Shown: positions 49,608 through 57,497 of the stretch, piece after piece
Layout: each line of letters opens with the position of its first letter
How positions within the stretch are numbered: the stretch's first letter is position 1
From: Roseibacillus sp.
GTDB taxonomy: Bacteria > Verrucomicrobiota > Verrucomicrobiia > Verrucomicrobiales > Akkermansiaceae
Reading direction: 5' to 3'
NCBI GenBank assembly: GCA_051251855.1
Contig: JBPOGI010000003.1
Span: 96,001-160,000 of the forward strand
Length of the DNA: 64,000 nucleotides
Program-made: the position numbers and the translations under genes
Notes under the pieces: model-generated
Databases searched by the model: none
Told to the model about the DNA's origin: nothing
Seen by the model: only the letters and a program-made list of their open reading frames with translations

Positions 49608-49632
49608 TCAGGGACAGGAATGTCCCTGCTCC
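49608..49632 (-). repeat. REP-like palindrome with GGAG foot
   Basis: Minus strand reads GGAG-CAGGGACA-TTCC-TGTCCCTG, between convergent genes. Confidence 0.65.
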
Positions 49633-49635
49633 GTT

Positions 49636-50991
49636 TTAACCGATGGCCGCTTGCCATCTTGCGATCTCGGCTCTGACGTTGTTGGGGCTGGGGGCTCCGG
49701 GGTTGGTGCGGGCGCGCAGGGCGGTGGCGAGGTCGAAGACGGCGTTGGCCTCAGGCTTGTAGGCGGGGTCGATCTTGGTGAGGTCGAGTTGATCGAGAGG
49801 AGTGTTGGTGGCGATGGCTTCGGCGACGGCCCTACCTACAAGATCGTGGGCCTGCCGGAAGGGAACGCCTTCGCGGACCAGCCAGTCGGCGAGGTCGGTG
49901 GCGAGGAGCATGGGGTCAGCGGCTGCTTGGGCGCAGTTGGCGGTGTGAATGGTCATCGCTTCGACCATCTCAGCATTCACTTTGAGGGTGAGGACGATGG
50001 TGTCGATACTGTCGAAAAGGGGTTCTTTGTCCTCCTGAAGATCACGGTTATAGGTGAGGGGAAGGCCTTTGAGGGCGGTGAGGAGGGCCATCAGGTTACC
50101 GAAGAGACGACCGGTCTTTCCACGAGTAATCTCGGAGACGTCAGGGTTTTTCTTTTGCGGCATGAGGGAGCTTCCGGTGGTGTGAGCATCGGAGAGGGTG
50201 ACGAAGTGGAACTCGGCGCTGGACCAGAGAATGAGGTCTTCAGAGAGACGGGAAAGGTGGGCGCCGACGAGAGCGAGGTTGAAGAGGATCTCGGCAAGGT
50301 AGTCGCGGTCCGAGATGGCGTCCATGGAGTTGGTGGTAACAGCGTCGAAGCCTAGTTCGCTGGCGATGGCTTGGCGATCGAGGTTGATGGTGGAACCAGC
50401 TAAAGCACCGGAGCCGAGAGGGCAGACGTTGAGTCGTTTACGGGTGTCGGCGAGACGGCTGACATCGCGAGAAAGCATTTCGACGTAGGCGAGGAGGTGA
50501 TGACCTACGGTGACGGGTTGGCCCCGTTGAAGGTGGGTGTATCCAGGGATGGGATCTTCGGCGTGTTTGTCGGCTTGGCTTAGGAGGGCTTTTTGAAGGC
50601 TGATGACGAGGCCGGTCATTTCGTCGATGGCCTCGCGACAATAGAGACGAGTGTCGGTGGCGACTTGGTCGTTGCGGGAGCGCGCGGTGTGGAGCTTGGC
50701 CCCGGTGGGACCGATGTCGGTGGTGAGAGCGGACTCGATGTTGAGGTGAATATCTTCTAGCTCGGTGGAGAATTCGAATTCGCCTTTTTCGATTCGCTCT
50801 TGGATAGCTTCGAGGCCGGCCTCGATTTTGGAGAACTCCTCTTCGGTCAAGATGCCAGCGGCTACCTGAGCACGAGCATGAGCGATCGAGCCCCGAATAT
50901 CGTGCTTATAGAGACGCCAATCAAAGGAGATAGATTCTCCGAATTGTTGGACGAGATCAGCGGTTTGTTGAGCGAAGCGGCCTTTCCACAT
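49636..50991 (-). CDS. argH: argininosuccinate lyase
   Basis: MWKGRF, EDIH, LHTARSRNDQV, PGYTHLQ, TGSSLMPQKKNPD and YNRDLQEDK. Confidence 0.97.
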   Translation of the reverse strand: MWKGRFAQQTADLVQQFGESISFDWRLYKHDIRGSIAHARAQVAAGILTEEEFSKIEAGLEAIQERIEKGEFEFSTELEDIHLNIESALTTDIGPTGAKLHTARSRNDQVATDTRLYCREAIDEMTGLVISLQKALLSQADKHAEDPIPGYTHLQRGQPVTVGHHLLAYVEMLSRDVSRLADTRKRLNVCPLGSGALAGSTINLDRQAIASELGFDAVTTNSMDAISDRDYLAEILFNLALVGAHLSRLSEDLILWSSAEFHFVTLSDAHTTGSSLMPQKKNPDVSEITRGKTGRLFGNLMALLTALKGLPLTYNRDLQEDKEPLFDSIDTIVLTLKVNAEMVEAMTIHTANCAQAAADPMLLATDLADWLVREGVPFRQAHDLVGRAVAEAIATNTPLDQLDLTKIDPAYKPEANAVFDLATALRARTNPGAPSPNNVRAEIARWQAAIG

Positions 50992-51006
50992 AGAGGAGGG
51001 CAGAAT

Positions 51007-51044
51007 GAACATCGAACGCTCAAGGTCCAACCTAGAACGTTGAA
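51007..51044. repeat. degenerate heptamer tandem repeat
   Basis: GAACATC-GAACGCT-CAAGGTC-CAACCTA-GAACGTT-GAA. Confidence 0.5.
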
Positions 51045-51058
51045 TTTTTTCTAGGGGA

Positions 51059-51460
51059 CTAGCCGAAGGAGAAGCCGGGGTCCATGCAACGGGCTTGCTC
51101 GCTCTTAGTCCATGCAGTGATAGTCATTCCGTAGAACAGTTTCACCTCTCGCGCGAGGTGGGTGTAATGGGAAAAACCGAGGAGAGAGACAATTTGGTCA
51201 GCTCCATAACCCATCCGCAGATAGCGCTGAGCTAAAATAATTCGATGTCTACGGAAATATTCTTTGGGGCCAGATCCGGTAGCTTTTTTGATGGCGTTCT
51301 CCAATTCTTGCACTTGCGCGCCCACTGCGGAAGCGACGGCAGCGACTTTAAATTGATTTTGTTCGGCTAAAGTCATGATGTCCTGACCATCCTCGGTTAG
51401 TAACCGGTGACCATCCCTAATCAATTTAAGAGAGGCTTTACGTTGATTTTTTTCCGCCAT
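51059..51460 (-). CDS. small AraC-family HTH protein (DNA-binding domain only)
   Basis: VA..VG....LE...K..TG.GPK.Y....RI..A...L......I...LGFS...HL.R..K..YG.T. Confidence 0.8.
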   Translation of the reverse strand: MAEKNQRKASLKLIRDGHRLLTEDGQDIMTLAEQNQFKVAAVASAVGAQVQELENAIKKATGSGPKEYFRRHRIILAQRYLRMGYGADQIVSLLGFSHYTHLAREVKLFYGMTITAWTKSEQARCMDPGFSFG

Positions 51461-51749
51461 TTCCAAAGAAATTGCCTGAAAACACGGGGTTTGTCCACCA
51501 AATAGTAAAGAAAATGTGACTTCTTAACTCACTTAGAATCAGGATTCTTTTGAAATAAACTTAAAAATAATGTCCCAAAATCCGAAATATTTTGAACTTT
51601 TCAAGGCTTGGGGTTTCGAATCAAACATACATCAGCATTCATAGAAGGCGTAGATTTTGGACTGAAATATAGTCTAGGATCGAAGTCTTTTAGCAAATGT
51701 CTCGTTTTTCTCGAAAACAACAACTTCACACCAAAACCAGTTATACCCA

Positions 51750-53282
51750 ATGTCGATGCAGAACACACAAGAGGAGCTATCATCCAGCCTAGTCAGCTTT
51801 GTGACGAGTCGCGGATTCCGAGTCCAAGCGCAAGTGAAAGAGCTCCGCTCGGATTCTTTGGCCTTCGAGCTCGTTAGCGCGGAGAATGTCCTCCAGCTTT
51901 CCGAAGTGTTGAACGATGTGGAAATCCACGTTGGAGGAGAATTGGCTTATCAGGGAAAGCTCTCAATTGTTGGTCTTGTCCCATTGGGGGTGATGGTGGT
52001 TTGTGAGGCGCGTCTCTCTGACAAGTGGCTTTTGGATTGCTTCCGTAGTGAGGACTTTTTGACGAATATTGGTCAGCACTTAGAGGAGCATACTGTTAGG
52101 TGGGCGAAGAGTCACGAGATCGGTCCAAAGTTTCGTTTGGCAGTGGCGGATTTAGAAACCTATTTGACTGGTTTGGAGAATTGGTGTGATCAGGTTGAAT
52201 GTGGCGCGCTCTCCGATGAGGAGGATGCAAAGATGAAAGAAGAGAAAATTCTCAATGAGCTCGGTCCGATCGTGAGCCGCGAGATTACCTCTCACTTTGC
52301 AGAGTATGAGCGGGTGGTGAAGATGTTGGATGAGGAAGGGCGCCAGGCGCATCGTTCTCATCTCATGAAGGCTGTGCACCGCTTTATTTTGCAGTCACCC
52401 TTTAGCTATCGTTGTTTCACAAAGCCTCTCGGGTATGCGGGCGACTACGGGATGGTTAATTTGATGTTGGGAAATCCATACCAAGGGGCGACGCTCTTTG
52501 CTAAGTTGCTCAACTACTCTTTCCTCGATACGGGCCCCGTGGTCGCGCATCAGAATCGTATCGACTATCTGGTTTCCACCTTGCGAAAGGTGGCGAGCGA
52601 GCGAGCGGCCAAGGGGTTGAGAACACGAGTTTTGAATTTAGGTTGTGGGCCAGCGGAAGAGATTCAGCGCTTTATTGAGGCAGATCCTGTTGCAGAAAAT
52701 TGCGATTTTGAGCTCTTGGACTTCAATCCTGAAACTCTTCGCTATACCGAAGGGCAAATGAAGGCTGCTCAGCAGCGAAGTGGCCGTTCGGTGAACATTC
52801 AGTTTATCGAAGAGTCCATTCAGGGATTCTTACGCCAAGCAACCCGAGGGGAGAGTTATCCTAAGGAGGGCTATGACTTCGTCTACTGCGCGGGATTGTT
52901 CGACTATTTGCAGCAGCGCTTTTGTGCCAAATTGACGAAGGTGATGTTTGGTCTCGTGAAAGAGGGAGGGTTGACGGCGGTGACGAACGTTTCCCGAGAC
53001 AATTCCATCCCTGCGGTGATGTCCGACTTTCTGGATTGGACTTTGATTGAGCGCTCTCAGGAGGAGATGTTGGATTTAGTTCCGACTGGAAATTTAACTT
53101 TACTTAAAGAATTGAAATCTGACTCGACTCGTATTAATCTCTTCCTTGAGCTCCGGAAACCGGCGGCTCAGACTCGTAATGTGGGAGCGCCTGAACAAGT
53201 TGATGCAGCCGAAGTCAGTCGATCCCGCCTTTCTGGCGAGGTTCGAGGCGGAAGAGGCCATCTCGAGGGTTCCGAATTATAG
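51750..53282 (+). CDS. phcB: PhcB-like SAM-dependent methyltransferase (3-hydroxy fatty acid methyl ester signal synthase family)
   Basis: SEVL, KPLGYAGDYGMVN, AHQNRI, VLNLGCGPA.EIQRF, YCAGLFDYL and NLFLELRKP, recalled as Ralstonia PhcB signatures; followed by sensor and receiver genes. Confidence 0.8.
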   Translation: MSMQNTQEELSSSLVSFVTSRGFRVQAQVKELRSDSLAFELVSAENVLQLSEVLNDVEIHVGGELAYQGKLSIVGLVPLGVMVVCEARLSDKWLLDCFRSEDFLTNIGQHLEEHTVRWAKSHEIGPKFRLAVADLETYLTGLENWCDQVECGALSDEEDAKMKEEKILNELGPIVSREITSHFAEYERVVKMLDEEGRQAHRSHLMKAVHRFILQSPFSYRCFTKPLGYAGDYGMVNLMLGNPYQGATLFAKLLNYSFLDTGPVVAHQNRIDYLVSTLRKVASERAAKGLRTRVLNLGCGPAEEIQRFIEADPVAENCDFELLDFNPETLRYTEGQMKAAQQRSGRSVNIQFIEESIQGFLRQATRGESYPKEGYDFVYCAGLFDYLQQRFCAKLTKVMFGLVKEGGLTAVTNVSRDNSIPAVMSDFLDWTLIERSQEEMLDLVPTGNLTLLKELKSDSTRINLFLELRKPAAQTRNVGAPEQVDAAEVSRSRLSGEVRGGRGHLEGSEL

Positions 53283-55890
53283 GATTGCGAGTGGTCTTGG
53301 GGCTATCTTCATTGCCGCTGGTTCCGTTATGGACCGGTTGGCGTTTCCTGAACTGTGGAAGACCTTAGTCCTGCTCCGAGCAGAATGTGCGTTTACTCTT
53401 CTCTTACTCTACGCTCTTCTGGGCACTAAGTGGGGAGAGAAGCGCCATCTCATTATTGGCCACTTTATTGAGGGGTCTTTGATTTTGAGTATTCTGGCCA
53501 TGATTGGTCGGACAGGAGGAGCTAGTTCGCCTTACTATGCCGGGCTGAGTCTGGTGATGGTGGGTGCGAGCCTTTTGTTGCGGTGGTCGTTATGGCATGG
53601 AGTGGTCAATGTGCTCTTTTGCTGCGGCTGCTATAGTCTCTTGATTTTCTCTTTCCCTGTTCATGAAGGGTCTGAGGGAGGGAGGAGTCTCGCGATTTCG
53701 ACCTTCTTTCTCTACGTGACCGGATTTTTCACGGCGGCGGGAACTTACTTTCTTTATGAGCTTCGGTTGAATGAGTTTAGGTTGCGGGAAGAGCTGACTG
53801 CCGAGAGGAAGCGCTTGGAGAAAAGCCACCGGCAATTGCAGGAGCTAGATGAAGCGAAGACGAATTTCTTCGCAAATGTGAGCCATGAGCTTCGGACACC
53901 ACTGACCTTAATTCTGGGGCCTATCGAACAGCTAGCTTCGTATGGCCCCGTCAAAGAGAACCGGCAGCTGAGTACGCTGGTTCATTCCATGGAAGAAAAC
54001 GGGCTACGTCTTCTTCGCTTGATCAATGAATTATTGGACTTGATTCGGATTGATGGCGGCCAGCACAACGTTGAGACCGAGCTGACGAAAGTCGACGATG
54101 TCGTCGCATCCATTTATGGTTCTCTTCTTCCCACTGCGGAGCAGAAGGGGCTGACCCTTGAACAGGATATCAGTGACGCCCCCAAGGGTATCTTCAAAAT
54201 TGATCGGATGAAGTTCGATAAGGTATTAGTCAACTTGGCGACCAATGCTCTGAAGTTTACTCCCGAAGGAGGGACTGTGAAATTGATAGCGCGAAGCGTG
54301 GGGGAGGATTCGGTCGAATTTCTTGTTCAAGATACTGGAACGGGGATGAGCGAAGACGAGGTTGATAATGTCTTCCGAAGATTTTGGCAGGCGGACACGA
54401 GTTCCAAGAGGCGGCATCGTGGAGCAGGAATCGGTCTTTCTCTCGTGAAAGGAATTGTCGATCTATTGGAGGGAGAGATTGAAGTTGAGAGTGCATTGGG
54501 TGTGGGAACGACCTTTACGGTGAGGCTACCTCTGGGCCAAAGAGTGTCTGGGACTGCAGGTGAGCCTCTCGAACTTGAGCTTGATCCGATCGAGGAGTTG
54601 AACCGGAGAGCGCAGTTTGAAGGAGGCCGACTCCCAGAAAGCGCACTTGATGTGGAGTCTGCAATCGTGACTCCTAACGGGGATCGACCGGTGGTTCTCA
54701 TTGCAGAAGACGAGGCCGATGTGCGCGATCTCATCGTCTCTCAGTTGGGGGATTACCAGCTTCTGGTTGCTGGAGATGGAGAGAAGGCGCTCCAGCTTGC
54801 CAATCGCTTTTTACCTGATTTGATTCTCTTGGATTGGATGATGCCGGAGCGTGATGGACTGGAAGTCTGTCGCCTCCTTCGCGAAACGGCTGCATTGGAG
54901 CGCGTGCCTATTGTGATGCTAACCGCGCGTATCGATGAGCGTTCTAAGATCGAAGCGCTTGAAGCGGGTGCGAATGACTTTTTGACCAAGCCTTTTGCGC
55001 CCACCGAACTGAAGCTTCGAATTGGCCACCTACTCAATAGCGGGCGTTTTGAGAAAGAGGTGGTGAGAAAATCGGAAGAGCTCGGGGTCGCAATGGCTGA
55101 GTTGAAGGAGTCCGAGTCCATGTTGGTCCAAGCTGAGAAGTTATCTTCCTTGGGGCAGATGAGCGCGGGTATTATTCACGAGATCAACAACCCACTCAAT
55201 TACGCCAAAACCAATCTCTACTCGCTTCGGACCTTTGCAAAATTGCTTCCTGCCGAGGAGCGAGAGGATTTCGTGGAAGTCACCTCTGACGTTGAGGAGG
55301 GCTTGGAGCGTGTGGTGCAGATTGTGAAGGATTTGCGCAGCTTCGCAGTGAAGGACAAGACTCAGTTCAGCGACGTCAATCTTGCTGAAGTGGTCGCAGC
55401 GAGTTCTCGCTTGTTAGGGCACCGACTTACCAACGTTCAATATAGTGCCGAACTGCCGGACCACATTCACGTGAACGGCAACTCAAACCAGCTTTGTCAG
55501 GTCTTCGTCAATTTTATTCAAAACTCGCTTGATGCATTGAAAGAGGTCGAGCGCGAGAACGAAGAAGGGGAGATCCGGATTGAGCTGGCCCAAGGAACGG
55601 ATTGGACCTCACTGCATTTTTACGACAATGGCTGCGGAATTTCCAAAGAGAATCAGCAGAAAATTTTCGACCCCTTCTATAGTAGCAAAGACATTGGACA
55701 TGGAATGGGTTTAGGACTCAGTATTTGCTATCGGATTCTTGACCAACACGGTGTTAAAATCGAGATTGATAGCAAAATCGGAGAGGGGACGCACTTCACG
55801 CTCAACTTTCCGGTGATTCTGGACGATCTTGAATTCGATGAATCGATAAAAGCTTCTCTCAAGGAGGCTCCTTTTACCCAAACAACATGA
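53179..55890 (+). CDS. PhcS-like membrane sensor, hybrid double histidine kinase (TM-HisKA-HATPase-REC-HisKA-HATPase)
   Basis: About 6 TM helices with SPYYAGL; HELRTPL, NALKF, DTGTG, GAGIGL; REC AEDE..DWMMP..KPF; second HEINNPL, NSLDA, DNGCG, GMGLGL. Confidence 0.88.
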   Translation: MWERLNKLMQPKSVDPAFLARFEAEEAISRVPNYRIASGLGAIFIAAGSVMDRLAFPELWKTLVLLRAECAFTLLLLYALLGTKWGEKRHLIIGHFIEGSLILSILAMIGRTGGASSPYYAGLSLVMVGASLLLRWSLWHGVVNVLFCCGCYSLLIFSFPVHEGSEGGRSLAISTFFLYVTGFFTAAGTYFLYELRLNEFRLREELTAERKRLEKSHRQLQELDEAKTNFFANVSHELRTPLTLILGPIEQLASYGPVKENRQLSTLVHSMEENGLRLLRLINELLDLIRIDGGQHNVETELTKVDDVVASIYGSLLPTAEQKGLTLEQDISDAPKGIFKIDRMKFDKVLVNLATNALKFTPEGGTVKLIARSVGEDSVEFLVQDTGTGMSEDEVDNVFRRFWQADTSSKRRHRGAGIGLSLVKGIVDLLEGEIEVESALGVGTTFTVRLPLGQRVSGTAGEPLELELDPIEELNRRAQFEGGRLPESALDVESAIVTPNGDRPVVLIAEDEADVRDLIVSQLGDYQLLVAGDGEKALQLANRFLPDLILLDWMMPERDGLEVCRLLRETAALERVPIVMLTARIDERSKIEALEAGANDFLTKPFAPTELKLRIGHLLNSGRFEKEVVRKSEELGVAMAELKESESMLVQAEKLSSLGQMSAGIIHEINNPLNYAKTNLYSLRTFAKLLPAEEREDFVEVTSDVEEGLERVVQIVKDLRSFAVKDKTQFSDVNLAEVVAASSRLLGHRLTNVQYSAELPDHIHVNGNSNQLCQVFVNFIQNSLDALKEVERENEEGEIRIELAQGTDWTSLHFYDNGCGISKENQQKIFDPFYSSKDIGHGMGLGLSICYRILDQHGVKIEIDSKIGEGTHFTLNFPVILDDLEFDESIKASLKEAPFTQTT

Positions 55891-57032
55891 GCGACAACAA
55901 CACGCCCCCATCTGCCGGGAACTACTATGTTCTCTTCGTAGACGACGAAGAAAAGACTCGGAAAGCCTTTAACCGCCTTTTCGGAGATGAATTTAAAATC
56001 CTGTTAGCTGGAGACGGCGCGGAAGGCTTTGAGGTTTTCCAAGAACGGAAGGATGAGATCGGAGTCATCGTGACGGATCAAAAAATGCCTCGAGAGACTG
56101 GGGTCCAGTTTCTGGCGAAGGTGGCCGAGATGGATGATGATGTCGTTCGCATTCTTTCCACCGCTTATGCTGAACTCGATGCAGCGGTGGCGGGGGTGAA
56201 TGAGGGGGGAATCTATCGCTATGTTACGAAGCCTTGGGATGTTCCTGAGTTGGAGATCACCCTTCGTCGGGCGATGGAGCTCTTTAATCTACGTAAGCAG
56301 CAAGCTTCGCACGATAGCTCAGGGAATCTGGATGTGGAGCAACTGATTCTCAATCAAAGGGTTTCGGGGTTAGCGTTTTCGCAAGCGGCTGCGACCGACG
56401 GGCGACCTACCTTCGTCTGTGCGGGAAGTATCTTTCTCGGGATGCTAGGTTGGCAGGGGTTGGGTGATGGAGGTTCCGTTGATTGGGAAGCTCGCTACCA
56501 AGCGGAGAGTGATTTCTTCCGCACCGTCTTTCGGGAAAGCATGGAGACTCTTGCTTCACAAAGCAGTCTCGATTGGTCGCGGACAGCACCGCCTTCTGCA
56601 GCCATTCAAGCGGCCGCGATCGGATGTGTGGGAATCAATTTTCAACCGGCGAGTAACGACTCGAGTATCTGGCCAGGACCTGCGCCTCTGCTCTCGGAGG
56701 CTCTTCGTCCACTTATGGTTGCGTTTGCTTCCATGGTCGCCCTCTTGCCTGGCGGGAGTTGCGAAGTGAAAAGCAATTTCAATACGGTCGATTTTCAATT
56801 CTCGGGACATCCTCTTAAGGACGGTCAACTTCAGCTTGCGACGGCTCCGGAAGGAGCGCCCGTTCTTGCCGATTTGCTGAGAGCCTGTGTCCTTGTGGAA
56901 GCCTGTGGTGGCAAGCTCGCCTTGTTGGCAAGTGCCGAAGGTCTCTTGGTTCGCTTGGGCTTTGAGCAAGATGCAGTCCCCGAGGATGTTGGTTTGGCGG
57001 CTGTTCAGCAACTGACGAGTTCAAATTCTTAA
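55887..57032 (+). CDS. PhcR/PhcQ-like response regulator (REC plus degenerate kinase-like C-terminus)
   Basis: FVDDE, TDQKMP, RILSTAY, GGIYRYVTKPWD; no HTH; ATGA overlap with the sensor. Confidence 0.8.
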   Translation: MSDNNTPPSAGNYYVLFVDDEEKTRKAFNRLFGDEFKILLAGDGAEGFEVFQERKDEIGVIVTDQKMPRETGVQFLAKVAEMDDDVVRILSTAYAELDAAVAGVNEGGIYRYVTKPWDVPELEITLRRAMELFNLRKQQASHDSSGNLDVEQLILNQRVSGLAFSQAAATDGRPTFVCAGSIFLGMLGWQGLGDGGSVDWEARYQAESDFFRTVFRESMETLASQSSLDWSRTAPPSAAIQAAAIGCVGINFQPASNDSSIWPGPAPLLSEALRPLMVAFASMVALLPGGSCEVKSNFNTVDFQFSGHPLKDGQLQLATAPEGAPVLADLLRACVLVEACGGKLALLASAEGLLVRLGFEQDAVPEDVGLAAVQQLTSSNS

Positions 57033-57044
57033 GCAAGCCACCTC

Positions 57045-57425
57045 ATGATCAAGTTCGTCTATTGTGTTCGAAAGAAGGAAGGCACTTCGGACGAGGACTT
57101 TTACCGTTATTGGAAAGAGAATCATGGTCCCTTGGTGAAGAGCTTCGCCGAGACCATGGGATCTCTCAAGTATGTCCAGAGCCACACCATCGATACTGTC
57201 CTTAATGAGGTTGGTCGTGAGGTGCGGGGCATGAGGCAGGCTTACGATGGCATTACAGAGGTTTGGTTCGAGTCGGCAGATGCCCTCAATGCGATGCTGC
57301 AAACTGAAGAGGGTAAAGTGGCGAACAAGGCTTTGATTCAGGATGAGGCGCGTTTTTGCGAGCTGGCCGAGTGTTCGGTCTTTCTCACCGAAGAGCATGT
57401 TATCTTCGATCGGATGGGTTCGTAG
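57045..57425 (+). CDS. EthD-domain (dimeric alpha/beta barrel) protein
   Basis: K......RK.G.S.E.F..YW...H..L, YVQSH, YDGITEVWFES and DE.RF. Confidence 0.85.
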   Translation: MIKFVYCVRKKEGTSDEDFYRYWKENHGPLVKSFAETMGSLKYVQSHTIDTVLNEVGREVRGMRQAYDGITEVWFESADALNAMLQTEEGKVANKALIQDEARFCELAECSVFLTEEHVIFDRMGS

Positions 57426-57449
57426 CTCTTTCAAGAAGAGTGTTTTTTT
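57425..57449 (+). terminator. probable intrinsic terminator ending the phc-like operon
   Basis: GCTCTT-TCAAG-AAGAGT followed by GTTTTTTT. Confidence 0.5.
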
Positions 57450-57497
57450 GAACAATTGAGGGTTGCCTCAGAGCCGACTCTTTCTTCTCATACCGGC

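Noticed and set aside
49588..50355. 255-aa plus-strand ORF (similar long ORFs at 25175-26026, 18146-18793, 16847-17476, 28808-29479, 58321-59049)
   Set aside because: Antisense shadows of well-supported genes (argH, sulfatase, M29-like, methyltransferase/cupin, pdxA, recQ) caused by codon bias; no motifs.
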